Shown: positions 1-13,825 of the stretch, one piece after another
Layout: the number at the start of each line of letters is the position of its first letter
Position numbering within the stretch: the stretch's first letter is position 1
DNA from: the human T2T-CHM13v2.0 reference genome, Homo sapiens
Assembly (NCBI RefSeq): GCF_009914755.1
Contig: NC_060942.1
DNA: 64,000 nt
Direction: 5' to 3' (one strand)
Notes under the pieces: model-generated
Told to the model about the DNA's origin: nothing
Databases searched by the model: none
What the model saw: only the letters and a program-made list of their open reading frames with translations
Position numbers and translations under genes: made by a program

Positions 1-455
1 AGTTTTTCAAAGAAGATATACAAATTTAGTCAATAAGTACATGAAAAGGTACTTGACAATACTAATCATTAGAACACAAATTGAAACTAAATGAAATACC
101 ACCCCACCCCTTTGGGTGGCTACCATTAAAATAATAATAGTAAATGTTGGTAAGGATGTGGAGTTATTGGAATTCTTGTATATCATTGGTGGGAATGTAA
201 AATGGTACAGCCATTATGGAAATAGTATGGCAATTTCTCAAAGTTAAAAATAGAATTACCACATGATTCAGCAACCCCACTCTGGATGTATAATTCAAAA
301 TAATTGAAAGCAACATCTCAAAGAGGCATTTGTACATCCAAGTTCATAAAGCATTATTCATAATGGGTAAAGCCTGGAAAGTACCAAATTATCTATTGAA
401 GCAAAATGTGGCATATACATGCAATGAAATTTTATTCAGTCTTAGAAAGGAATGG
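1..455 (+). mobile_element. Old L1 (L1MB-like) ORF2 end/3' region, left part; interrupted by a younger full-length L1
   Basis: Degenerate L1 ORF2 C-terminal motifs (aaagaagatatacaaat, ggtgggaatgtaaaatggtacagcc). Ends at ...cttagaaaggaat and resumes at about 7345 (aattctgacacatgctacaaca). Confidence 0.8.
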
Positions 456-1019
456 AGAGTGGGGCCAAGATGATGGACTACAAGTAGTTTCTGTGAGCTG
501 CTATTCTGGAGAGGAAACAAGGTTTAGAGAACATGAACTCTGCAGGCTGATCATCTGATAAACCACATTAGGATATATCAAGGTAGCAAGGAAAGACAGA
601 GAACAGAGAGGATTGAAGCTGGGCACCAGCCTGTCTGGGCTCAGCTCAAAGCCAGGAGAACCTTTCCAAAACAGAAAGAGTGAGTGAGAACGCCCAGAGA
701 GATTCGTGCTCTCCACAGGGACTTGTGCATGACTAGGAATGGGAGAATCACTCTGGCTCTCCCACACAACCCCATCATGCTTCTAGACTGAGGCAAAGAT
801 CCACCCAGATGTTTTTCGGGGGTAACTCCCAAGTCCAAGGTGACCTCTACAAGGCTTGGGTCCTGGAGAAGAACTGCACCAGCACCGTAGTCCGAACAGA
901 GGCCACAGTTGTGGTTCCTGAGAGCACTAACATTGCTCCACCACCACTTGCTGGCCAGGACTCAGTGCCAGCAGTCCTGCTTCAGGCCAAACATGGCTGG
1001 CCACCCCTCCTACTCCTGT

Positions 1020-1830
1020 CACTGGTAGCCAAATGGGCAATGTTTGCTGGAGCCTTCAGCCCAGTGGTCCCACTTGTGTGTAAATTCAGCTGGAGGGTGC
1101 AGCTTCCTGTTGTCATGGGAAACACCCAGAGAGTAGAGCACTAGACCCTACCTGCCTTTGCCACTGGTAGTCAAGTGACAATGCCTGCTAGAGCTTCTAG
1201 CCCAGTGGCTCCACTGTTGCGTTAGCTCAACTGAAGAGCACAACTTCCTGTTGTCATGGGAGACACCTGTACAGCAGAGCATGAGACCCCATCCACCCCC
1301 ACCTCTGGTAGGTGGGCAATGCCTGCTAGAGCTTCTAGCCCAGAAGCCTTGCTTCTGTGTGAACTTAGCCAAAGTGCACAGATTCCTGTCATCATAGGAA
1401 ATACCCAGATGGCAGAGCACGAGACCACACCCCCCACCCTGCCATTTGTAGTGAGGTGGGCAACACCTGCTGGAGTTTCTAGCCCAGCAACCTTGCATCT
1501 GGGTGAGCTCAGCTGGAGAACACAGCCTCCTGATGTTCCAAGAAATACCCAGTCAGCAGGGTGCATAACCCTACCAACCACTGCCATTGATAGGCAGGCA
1601 ACACCTGCTACAGCTTCCAGTCTAGTGGTTCTGTCTTCCTGAATTTGCCAAAGAGTGCATCCTCCTGTTGCCCTGGAAATGCCTGGAAGGCAGGGCTGGC
1701 CATCACCCGCTCCCCACTTCCTGTTGCCAGGAGTTTTCAACCCACTAGAGTTTTCATCCCAACAGTCCTGCTACCACAAAAACTCTGTAGGTAGATGAAA
1801 CCTCTTGTTTCCCCAGGAAGCACACAAATA
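1020..1830 (+). repeat. About 6 diverged ~140-bp tandem units in the L1 5'UTR
   Basis: Motif gcaa(t/c)(g/a)cctgct(a/g)gagcttctagcccag recurs near 1037, 1178, 1316, 1460, 1598 and weakly near 1737. Confidence 0.85.
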
Positions 1831-4260
1831 TCAGATTAGAGCTGACCCAGCAAGGACACAGCTTGTCAGCCAACTGCAGCCCCAGCTTGAGGGAGCACTG
1901 TGGACCCTAATGCCTAACAAAAAAAAATGAGGACATGGAGACAGTAATCAGAAGGAGCTCTTCCAAAACCCAGGAACAGACTAGAATCAATGCCAGACAG
2001 CCAAATGCACCTTATACCATAATCAAAGCCCCAAGGGCATTAAAGAAGAAAAAAACAAAACAATCAGTCCAAAATATATCACCTTGAAAGACTGAAGAAA
2101 CATCAGTCTACACGAATGAGAAAGAACCAGTGCAAGGACTATGGCAACTCAAAAAACCCAGAATACCTTCTTTCCTCCAAACAGTTGTGCTAGTTCTCCA
2201 ACAAGGGTTCTTACCTAGGCTTAGATGGCTGAAATGACAGAAATAGAATTCAGAATATAGATGGGAATGAAAACCATCAAGATTCAGGAGAACATTGAAA
2301 CCCAATGCAAGGAAGCTAACAATCACAATAAAATGATACAGGACCTGACAGACAGCCAGTAGAGAAAAAAACAAAAACATAACCAACCTGATAGAACTGA
2401 AAAACACACCACAAGAATTTCATAATGCAATCACAAGTATTAATAGCAGAACAGACCAAGCAGAGGAAAGAATATCAGAGCTTGAAGACTGGCTTTCTGC
2501 AATAAGACAGACAAGAATGAAAAAAAAGAATAAAAAGGAACAAATAAAATCTTCAAAACATATGTGATTAGGTAAGGAGACCAAATCTATGACTCATTGG
2601 TATCCCTTAAAGAGACAGAGAGAAAGGAAACACCTTGAAAAACATATTTCAGGATACCATCCATAGGAGCTCCCCAATCTAGCTAGAGAGGCAAACATTC
2701 AAATTTTGGAAATTCAGAGAACTCTCACAAGACACTTCACAAAAAGATCATCCCCAAGACACATAATCATCAGATTCTCCAAGGTCAAAATGAAAAAATG
2801 TTAAAGGCACCTACACAGAAAGTAAAGGTCATCTGCAAAGGGAAGCCCATCAGACTAACTGTGAACCCATTAGCAGAAACCCTACAAGCCAGAAGATATT
2901 GGGGACCTATAGTCAACATTCTTAAAGAAAAGAGATTCCAACAAATAGTTTTATATCCAGCCAAACTAAGCCTCATAAGAAAAGGAGAAGAATAAGATTA
3001 TTTTCAGACCAGCAAATGCTGAAGGAAATTGTTACTACCAGACCTGCCTTACAGGAGCTCCTGAAAGAAAGCTAAGATATGGTAATGAAAGACTGTTATC
3101 AGCCACTAAAAAAACATTTAACTACATGGACCAGTGACACTATAAAGCAACCACACAAACAAGTCTGCATAATAACCAGCAAACATCATGTTGAAAGGAT
3201 AAATTTACACATATCAATACTAACCTTGAATGTATATGAGCTAAATGCCAAAATTAAAAGGCACAGTGTGGGAAGCTGGATAACAAACCAAGAACAAATG
3301 ATATGCTGTATTCAAGAGACCCATCTCATATGTAATGACACTCATAGGCTCAAAATAAAGGGATGGAGAGAAATCTAACAAGCAAATGGAAAGTGGAAAA
3401 AACAGGAGTTGCAATCCTAATTTCAAACAAAACAGACTTTAAACCAACAAAGATCAAAAAAGACAAAGAAGGGCGTAACATAATGGTTAATGGTTCAATT
3501 CAACAATAACACCTAACTATCCTAAATCTATATGCATCCAACATATAGGAGCACTCAGATTCATAAAACAAGTTCTTAGAGAACTACAAAGAGACTTAGG
3601 TTCCCACACAATAATAGTGAGAGACTTCAACATCTCACTGACATTATTAGAAAGATCACTAGGGCAGAAAATTAGCAGAGATACATGACATACACTCAAC
3701 ACTTGACTAAATGGACCTAATAGATGTCCACAAAACTACTCAAAGACAACAGAATATGCATCCTTTTATCACCACCTTACATACTCTAAAATCAACCAGC
3801 AATCATATATAAGACAACCCTCAGCAAATTCAAAAAAACTGAAATGATACCAACCACATTCTTGGACCACAGCACAATAAAAATAGAAATTAAGACCAAG
3901 AAAAACATTCTCAAAACCATAAAATTACATAAAAATTAAACAAGCTGCTCCTAAACAACTCTTGCATAAATAATGATGTGATACAAAAATCCAGATATTA
4001 TTTGAAACTAATGAGAACAAAGACACAATCTAACAGAGCCTCATGGACACAGCTAATAGGATGTTAAGAGGGAAATTTATAGCACTAAATACCCACATCA
4101 AAAAGTTAGAAATATCTTAAATTCAACAATCTAACATCACAACAAAAAGAACAAAAGAAGTAAGAGCAAACTAAACCAAAAGCTAGTAGAAGACAAGAAA
4201 TAACAAAAATCATAGCTGAACAGAAGGAAATAGAGACACAGAAATAATCACACAAAAGAT

Positions 4261-4382
4261 GGAGGCTGAGGCAGGAGAATGGCGTGAACCCGGGAGGCGG
4301 AGCTTGCAGTGAGCAGAGATCGTGCTACTGCACTCCAGCCTGGGCGACAGAGCAAGACTCCGTCTCAAAAAAAAAAAAAAAA
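4261..4382 (+). mobile_element. 5'-truncated AluY (partial right arm plus poly-A) inside L1 ORF2
   Basis: AluY-type ggagaatggcgtgaacccgggaggcggagcttgcagtgag, CpGs retained, A16 tail. Confidence 0.92.
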
Positions 4383-7344
4383 GACTACTAGCTAGACTGA
4401 AAAAGAAGAAAATAAACACAATCAGAAATGACAAAGGGGATATTAACACTGATCCCACAGAAATAGAAATAACCATCAGAGACTACTATTAACACCTCTA
4501 CGCACACAAATCATAAAATCTAGAAGAAATGGATAAATTCCTGGACTCATACACCCTCCCAAAACTCAACCAGGAAGAAATGGAATCCCTGAACAGACCA
4601 AGAACAAGCTGTGAAATTGAATCAGCCTGTGAAATTGAACAGCCTACCAACCAAAAAAAAGCCCAGGACCTGATGGATTCTCAGCCAAATTCTAACAGTA
4701 CAAAGAACTGGTACCATTCCTCCAGAAGCTATTACAAAAGATTGAGAAGAGACTCATCCTAAACTAATCCTATGGGGCTAGCATCATCCTGATACCAAAA
4801 TCTGGCAGAGACACAACAAAAAAAGAAAATTTTAGGCCAATATCCTTGATGAACATATATGCAAAAATCTTTAACAAAATACTAGCAAACCAAATCCAGG
4901 AGCACATCAAAAAGCTAATCCTTTATAATCAAGTAGGCTTTATCCTTGGGATGCAAGGTTGGCTCAACATGTGCAAGTTAATAAATGTGATTTATCACAT
5001 AAACAGAACTAAAGTCAAAAACCACATGATTATCTCAATATATGCAGGAAAGGCTTTTGATACAATTCAATATCCCTTCATATTAATAACCTTCAGTAAG
5101 CTTGGCATTGAAGAAATATATTTCAAAATAATAAAAGCTGTTTGTGACAAACCCATAGCCAACATCATACTGAATGGGCAAAAGCCAGAAGCATTCCTCT
5201 TGAAAACTGGAACAAGACAATGATGCCCACTCTTACTACTCCTATTCAACATAGTATTGGAAGTCCAGTCCAGAAAAATCAGACAAGAGAAGGAACTTTT
5301 TAAAAAGAATCTAAAATAGGAAGACAGGAATTCAGACTATCCCTGTTTGCAGACAACATGATTCTGTATCTGGAAAATCCCACAGTCTGAGCCCAAAAGC
5401 TCCTTGAGCTGATAAGCTACTTCAGCAAAGTTTCAGGATACATTATCAATGTAAAAAAAAAAAAAAAAGACTAGCATTTCTATACACTAATAGCACCCTA
5501 GCTGAGAGCCACATCAGGAATGTAATCCCACTCCCAATCACCACAAAAAGAATAAAATACCTAAGAATACAACTAACTATGGAGGTGAAAGATCCCTATG
5601 ATGATAACTATAAAACACTGCTCAAAGAAATAACAGATGACACAATCAAATGGAAGAACATTCCATGCTCTTGGATAGGAAGAATCAATATCATGAAAAT
5701 GGCCATACTGCCTAAAGCAATTTACAGATTCAGTGCTATTCCTATAAAATTACAGTGCTATTTTTCACAGAATTAGAAAAAAGTGTTCTAAAGTTCATAT
5801 GGAACCAAAAAAGAGCCTGAATAGCCATGGCAGGCAATTCTAAGCAAAAAGAGCAAGCTGGAAGCATCACATTGCCTGGCTTCAAACTGTACTACAAAGC
5901 TATAGTAACCAAAAGTGTATGGTACTGGTAAAAATCCAGACACATAGACCAGTGGAACAGAATGAAGAGCTCAGAAATAAAGACACACACCTACAACCAT
6001 CTGGTAATTGACAAATTGGACAAAAACAAGCAAGGGGGAAAAGACTCCTTATTCAATAAATGATGCTGGGATAACTGGCTAGCTACATGCAGAAGACTGA
6101 AACTCGACCATTTCCTTATATTGTATACAAAAATCAACTCAAGATGGATTAAAGACCTAAATGTAAAACTTAAGACTATAAAAACCCTGGAAGACAATCT
6201 AGAAAATACCAATTTGGACATAGGAACTGACAAAGATTACATGATGAAAATGTCAAAAGCAATTGCAAAGAAAGCAAAAACTGACAAATGGTATCTAATT
6301 AAACTAAAGAGCTTCTGCACAGCAAAAGAAATTACCAACAGAGTAAATAGGCAACTGATAAAACAGGATAAAGTATTTACTAACTATACATCTGACAAAG
6401 GTCTAATATACAGAATTTACAAGGAAGTTAAATGTATAAGCAAAAACAACTCCATTAAAAAGTGGGCAAAGGGCATGAGCAGACACTTTTCAAAAGAAGA
6501 CATATGCAGCCAACAGGCACATCAAAAAAAGCTTAATCTCACCGATCATTAGAGAAATGCAAATCAAAGACACAATGAGATACCATCTCACACACGTCAG
6601 AATGGCTATTATTAAAACATCAAAAAATAACACATGCTGGCAAGGTTGTGGAGAAAAGGGAATGCTTATGCACTGTTAGTGGGAGTGTAAATTAGTTCAA
6701 CCATTTTGGAAAGTAGTGTGGCACTTCCTCAAAGGACTAAAAACAAAACTACCATTCGACCCAGCAATCCCATCATTAGGTATATATGCTAAGGAATATA
6801 AATCGTTCTACCATAAAGACACATGCACATGTATGTTCATTGCAGCACTATTCACAATAGCAAAGACATGGAATCAATCTAAACTTCCATCAGTGATACA
6901 CTGGAAAAAGAAAATGTGGTACATATACACCATGGAATACTAAGCAGGTATTTAATATGAAAAAGAATGAGATCACGTCCTTTGCAGGAACATGAATGGA
7001 GCTGGAGGACATTATCTTTAGCAAACTAACACAGGAACAGAAAATGAAATATTGCGTGTTCTCACTTACAAGTGAGAGCTAAATAATGAGAACACATGGA
7101 GAGAAAGAAGGGAACAACAGATTCTGGGGCCTTCTTGAGGGTAGAGAATGTGAGGAAGGAGAGGTTCAGAAAACAAAAACAAAAACAAAAAACAAACAAA
7201 AAACTGTTAGGTACTATGCTTAGTGCTTTGGTGATGAAATAATCTATACATCAAACTCCCAAGTCATGAGCTTACCTATATAAAAAACCTGCACATGTAC
7301 CCCTTTACCTAAAATAAAAGTTAAAATATTTTAAAAAGTAACAC

Positions 7345-7712
7345 AATTCTGACACATGCTACAACATAGATAAACCTTGAGGACATTATGGCAGGTGAAA
7401 AAAGCCAGTTGCAAGAGGACAGATACTACAGATACTGTATGATGTATGATTCCACTTATAAGAGGTACTTAGTAGTCAGAAAGAGTGACAGAATGTAGCA
7501 TGGTGGTTGCCAGGTGCTGGGGGAAGAGGAGACTGGGCATTGTTTTTTAATGAGTATAGAGTTTCAGTTTTATAAGATGAAAAATGTTCTGTAGATGGGG
7601 GTGACATTTGTACATTTTGAATGTATTTAGTACCGCTGAACTGTACACTAAAAATTGTTAAGATGGTACATTTGTGTTATGTATATTTTACCATAGTTAA
7701 AAAGTAGGGAAA
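7345..7712 (+). mobile_element. Old L1 (L1MB-like) 3'UTR, right part of the element at 1-455
   Basis: aattctgacacatgctacaac...ggtggttgccagg...gaactgtacactaaaaattgttaagatggta...tatattttacca. Confidence 0.8.
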
Positions 7713-7859
7713 AAAGACTTAGGAAAAAGAAAATCCAAAATTATAATCAGGGAAAACAGAGGCTAAATATAAACACGGTTAATTGAAATTAGACTTTTTA
7801 GATTTCTTTGTATCTTATTTTAAATAATTTTCAATAATTGAAGTGTTTGGTGTTTCTGA

Positions 7860-7950
7860 CATTTCCCAGATTCTATTCTAGGCACTGTAGAAGATACAGA
7901 AATTAATTATTGTTTGGTTTCTGTCCTGAAGGATCTTATACTTTAGTAAG
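7860..7950 (-). mobile_element. L2 3' fragment
   Basis: ttctaggcactgtagaagatacag...ctgtcctgaaggatcttatactttagt resembles the antisense L2 3' end. Confidence 0.45.
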
Positions 7951-8007
7951 TTAGTTTTTAAATGGTGGTTTTATATTGTGTTATTATCAATAAAAGAATA
8001 ATTGTGG

Positions 8008-8287
8008 GTCCAGGTGCGGTGGCTCACTCCTGTAACCCCAGCACTCTGGGAGGCTGAGGTGGGCAGATTGCTTGAGCTCATGATTTTGAGACCAGCCTGG
8101 TCAACATGGTGAAAACCCATCTCTACCAAAAAGACAAAAAATCACCTGGGTGTGGTGGTGTGTACCTGTGGTCCTAGCTACTTGGGAGGCTGAGGTGGGA
8201 GGATCACTTGAGCCTGGGAGTGGGAGGTTGTGGTGAGCCGTGATTGTGCCACTGCACTCCAATCTGGCGGGAAAAAAAAAAGAAAAA
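8008..8287 (+). mobile_element. AluJ-type SINE
   Basis: Dimeric Alu with J-type gattgcttgagctca and gggaggatcacttgagcctggg; CpG-depleted. Confidence 0.9.
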
Positions 8288-8346
8288 TTTGTGTAACTAT
8301 CAATCAAAGCATAAATTAACACTTATTGGAATAATTGTTCATTTTC

Positions 8347-8862
8347 AAGGATTATAAATCATTCTACTATAAAGACACATGCACATGTATGTTTATTGCA
8401 GGACTATTCACAATAGCAAAGACTTGGAACCAACCCAAATGCCCATCAATGATAGACTGGATAAAGAAAATATGGCACTTACACACCATGAAATACTATG
8501 TAGCCATAAAAAAGGATGAGTTCATGTCCTTTGCAGGGACATGGATAAAGCTGGAAACCATCATTCTATCATTCTTAGCAAATTAACACAGGAATAGAAA
8601 ATCAAACATTGCATGTTCTCACTCATAAGTGGGAGTTGAACAATGAGATTACATGGACACAGGGAGGGGAAACATCACACATCGGGGCCTGTCGGGGGAC
8701 TGGGGGCTAGGGAAGGGATAGCATTAGGAGAAGTACCTAATGTAGATGATGGGTTGATGGGTGCAGCAAACAACCATGGCACTTGTATACCTATGTAACA
8801 AACCTGCACATTCTGCACATGTACCCCAGAACTTAAAGTATAATAAAAAAATAATAATAAAA
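8347..8862 (+). mobile_element. 5'-truncated L1PA7/8-like 3' end (~515 bp)
   Basis: ORF2 tail peptide ([18 protein letters not shown]...) plus 3'UTR gcattaggagaagtacctaatgtagatgatgggttgatgggtgcagcaaac and A-rich tail. Confidence 0.9.
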
Positions 8863-11800
8863 GGAAGCCTCTTTAACAAGGCAAAAAATAAGTAAAAATC
8901 ATCAAGTGAAAGAATTTTCTTTTGGCAAGTTCAGTCTCTCTGGTATTGTTTTACCCCTCTCTCTCCTAGGCCTGGTACATGTACATGGTATTGTTCCCTT
9001 TGTCCTATCCCCGTTTCACTCCTCAAACTTACTCAGATCATTCATTTACATTAAGGTATGAGTTACAGGAAAGAGTTTAGCATTGTCTATTCTCAGTAAT
9101 TTTCATTCTAATAGATTAATGCTTTAAGAAAATGGTGGGATTTCTATATAAATCAATGAATGAGGGTGTTAGTTGGAGGGGGCATTAGTATTGTAACTGC
9201 AACCTAAAACCACATCATGTAGGCATTCCTTCCATGTGTAAGTCAATCTGAACTCCTCATGGCGTGTGTTGTAAATTTACATTTCATTGATTCTCATTTA
9301 CTCAAGTCATGGGATTGAGTAGATTTAGCTGTGGGCCCTGGCTTATAAAACAAGGATTCACCTTAAGCCTCTCAGAGTAGAGAAGTTTGTAGGATAGTAC
9401 TGTAGACAACCAAGTAACTTGCAGCTAGGCAACCAGAAGCAACTGAAAATGTAGAGAAGACTGGGCAGGTGTTATCTATACAATATTTGGTATTAAGAGA
9501 TTAGAATGCATTATTCTGTGTTTGTTAGTAAAACTTTCTTGTAATATTCAGTGCCTCCCACCTATACCTTTTTAAAAAAATTATTATATCAGGATATTTT
9601 CTACCAGGCCCTACTTTTGATTGCCTAGGTCTCATTTTGAGAATTTTCTTAGCTGTTTGGCTTGGGCTATGTTTATTAGGACCGTAAATTGGGAACCTTT
9701 AAGCACTGTCAACATTAAAGTGAAGCACTGGACTTGATGGGACCATTAGGCATCTGCTACAGCCTCTTGGTGGACAGTACAATTCAGCCCGGGGTGATGA
9801 TATTTGTCCAGAAGCTGACAACATATCCAGTATCTTGCTCATTGAAAATCCTCTGTGTCTCCCCAATTAGAAAAAAAGGAGGTCTAGGCTGGTTTGAGTT
9901 AAAAAAACTGCTGGGGTCCATTTGCCTGGAAGCAAGATGCTCTACTTTTAAGGTCACATGAGCTATATTCTAGAGTTTTACTTGGGGCTATTTTGTTGGC
10001 TAACAACGTTAAACCAATTCAAACCAGCCTTAGCAAAGGGGAGATAATATTGGTGTGTCAAATTTAAGGAGAAGAATGAAGCTAAATATTTGAAACAATG
10101 CAAACATTATTCTAATGTCTAATTCTTCCCTTTCATCAAAAACACATTTTCTCTACTTTTTAAGTCAATGGCACCAGCATCTGCTAGCTTTCTTATGTTC
10201 CATTATACAAACTGGGGACCCAAGGAGACATTGAGTTATTCAGTGCCAGGTGAAAAATTTCCAGTCAAATACTCAGGCTGTCTCATCCAGGGTCCAGTGC
10301 ACACCTCTGCAATCACCAGAAGCATATACGCTCCCAAAAGAATCATAAAACGTAGGTGACATATGTGGGAGTGGTGTGAAAAGAATTCCCACAGGTGTGT
10401 GTGTGAGGGAGATAAAACAATTGGTATCTGCTGTAGCTTTTCACATCATTGCATTTTTAAAAATAAAGATGAGTCAAAAAGTAATAGTTGCCCCAGCCAA
10501 GGATATGTCGTACAAAGGGAATAATGCCCTACATGGGAATTCATTTTCATTTTCCTCACTATGTTTAAAATGTTTCTTTGTCTTAAAAAAAGATGGTCTG
10601 ATTTCACCAAATAAAATGAATTTAGTTACAAACAATGTAGAGCATATGCAGCAAACAGAGCCACCAAAGAAACACACAATTTAAGCAACAGAAAGATGCT
10701 TGCGGTACCTATTCTTGTACTTACAAACAACTTCTTTCACACCTAGTTAGTGATAAACAAAGTTTGCATTTCAGAGAAGAGTGGACTCATGGGAGAAACC
10801 TAACATTTATATACACAGAGGAGCATGAAGCTAGCACAGAACTTAGCCCCATAATTAAACATTTACTCTCTACCATTGGCAAAAGGAACACGAAGTTATA
10901 AAAACTGACAGTCTATTCATTATAGCTCATCCTATATAAGTAGGCATAACAAATATGTATGGTTCTCAAAAGAGTGTGGGTTAAACTCTTGCTAAAACTT
11001 TATTTTGCAGTATTCATGATGTCACAATTTAAAGAACTCACTGTAGATACTGTTGTATACTGATACCTAAACTAATTGAATCAGACCGACAACAAAATCA
11101 AAGATTCTGGTGGCATTTGTGCAAATCTAGGAAGAATACTATCTCTCAGAAATATGGTTAAAGGAGCTTCTTTTTATTTGAGAATGCTAAAATCTAGACT
11201 AAACTAGACAAATTTCCTGTTGTGGAGGGTGGCTAGAGGAAATTTGCATACAGGGGAGTGAGTTTAGATAAGTTTTAGGTGGAATGTCTGTCTTCCAGGG
11301 TAGAGCAGAGTGATCTCAGTTATATAATTATAAGTATAATCTGGGACACAGGTAATTATGTGTGTTAGAAGTTTTCTCTTAATTTCTGTATTTTAGTTTT
11401 GCTAAAACTGTATGAAGTTTACTTGAGTATGTTGAGATTATGGAAAAATAACTTGCCTGTGTTTTAATAGGTGTATTTCTTCAGAATGTGGTCATTTGGC
11501 AAAATGGACATATGCATCTAAGATCACATACTGTGTAATCACAGCTTCCAAGTTTAACCATTTGCCTAGAGTAGAGCATAAAAGATAGTTCTGAAAGAAA
11601 GCCAGTTGTTTTCCACATAAATCTAGGGGACAAATGTCCAGCTTCCATTCAACATCAACAACATTCAAATAATGCAACTCCACCTACTCTCTTTGGAGGG
11701 CCTAAAATACTCTCTCCAAGTTCACTTAGCTGTTCATCAAGACAAAGCCATCTGTCATCCTAGTGAACACTAAATCAAATGGGAATACTTACATAACAAA

Positions 11801-12821
11801 AACGACAACAAAGACTAAAGCCATATATATTTCAAGGAGGAACAAATTAGAGGCTTTATTTCTCTCTCATTTTAAATGTACTCAATTAGGGTAGGCATAG
11901 ATTAACAAAATTAAACACATTAATTTTTAATTGGAATTGCATTTTATCTTTCTTTTAATCCTTCCACCCTTGTGTCAACTTCTCCCACAATGCCAGTCTA
12001 TGCTTTGATTATCAGAACAAAGGCTTTTTGAGTTAAATCTTTTTAAATGTATTTTGGCCTCCATGACTCTGGATAAAATCTACTTTAAAAGAATAGTGGC
12101 TAAAAATGTGTCACCTCTCAATTACTTTCATTCTGGAGTTGTGAAATTTCTCTGTCCTCAGCTATCCACTTCCCAATGTTACAGGCAGGCTTTTCCTTGC
12201 AGGCACCTGAATCCAACTGTGGATCTATTTTGACATCTCTTAGCTACATATTTTCTCTTTCTTCATCCACTTTTTAGGAGAAATGCTTTGGAGGGGTTTT
12301 TCTGTCCTGTCCTTCATCTCCTTTCCTTGCCTCTCATCCTCTAAATACTCCCAAAATTACAGAAAGCATCCTCTTTTACCTTACCACCTGTGTCCTTCCA
12401 GTGGTATTGTTTGAAAATCTGCATGACCTATCAGGTCAACAGAACTCAGAGGGTGTTATTCTCAGATGTATTTTACTATCCTTTTGCAACAAAAGAACAT
12501 AGAGATCTTTCAATACACATTCACAGTCTACGAGTTTTGGAGAATTTTCCCCACAGGAGCACACACTTTCAATGAGAAATTGCTATTTTGTCCCAGTGAA
12601 GATTTTATTAAACATTTTACATATTTAACTGATAATGACATCTGTGTAGAGGACTACTTCATGTTAAAATAATTTAGACTAGTGAGTATGATTGCCTTCA
12701 AAATATGAGGATTCTACCTAGTGTCAGGGGGAACAAAGTAATGCAAAATCATAAAATCATAGTTACTTTATGAATTGAAGTGTTAAATAACTAGATTATA
12801 GCTTGGTATACTTTGAACTTT

Positions 12822-12938
12822 TTGGTCAGAGTGCCAACCTAAAAAAAAAAAGAGAACCAAATCTGTTTTAAAACGAAAAGTCTTTTCATTTTGAAACAAA
12901 TTCGGTTCTCTTTTTCTTAAGTTGGCACTCTGGCCGAA
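12822..12938. repeat. Imperfect 117-bp palindrome (MITE-like hairpin), family unassigned
   Basis: Arm 12822-12880 is the reverse complement of 12882-12938 around T12881, with about 7 transition mismatches and a 3-nt A-tract bulge. Confidence 0.9.
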
Positions 12939-13399
12939 TTCTGCATTACAAACAGTGATCTCTATGGAGATATAGATTATAGTTCATATGAAAATATGTT
13001 TGCTGTTGACATCCTTTTGGCTTAAATTGGTGGCACATTTAATGGAAGTTTAGTGTTATAGAAGTTGCTTAAAATGATTTTGACAACAGAGAAATGATGC
13101 CCTACATATTATAACAAAGAGATACTATTTTTAAAGATTAACATATTTCACCTCTTGTCTGCAGGGGTAGAAGAATGTGGAATTTTATAATGCTAGTTGT
13201 TAAGCCTTCCATAATGGCTAGATTACTCTGCAGATTTAAATTGGATGGACTGGCACGAGTTTGTGGAATGTCTCCTCAAATCTAAGGATTGTTTTAGTGA
13301 AGAGGAACATCCCTGAAAGGAAAAAATTAGTTCTAGAAGCCTCCAGGGCATTTTGTCTCTTCAAAATAAAGACGGTTTTTTGTTTAAATTTAATCTTAG

Positions 13400-13825
<426 letters not shown>

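Larger units (their letters stand above)
457..7335 (+). mobile_element. Full-length decayed LINE-1, L1PA13-15-like (5'UTR, ORF1 and ORF2 remnants, 3'UTR)
   Basis: 5' ggggccaagatg. ORF1 remnant (KGKPIRLT...YPAKLS, 2798-2995) and ORF2 remnants (IQETHL 3079-3378; RT 4846-5223; C-terminal 6121-6943) with many stops and frameshifts. 3' end cctgcacatgtacccctttacctaaaataaaagtt. Confidence 0.9.

Noticed and set aside
501-1740. Overlapping 88-172 aa ORFs with repeated peptide motifs
   Set aside because: They are translations of the GC-richer L1 5'UTR tandem array on both strands, not a gene.
1020-1830. CRISPR-like repeat array (also 53430-54275)
   Set aside because: Whole units are homologous with no unique spacers, there are no cas genes, and the context is a eukaryotic L1 5'UTR.
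4608-4645. Short direct repeat ctgtgaaattgaa(t)cagc x2
   Set aside because: Local slippage duplication within a dead L1 ORF2; no functional implication.
10376-10684. 102-aa ORF in unique sequence
   Set aside because: Non-ATG start, no recognisable domain or splice structure; length compatible with chance.
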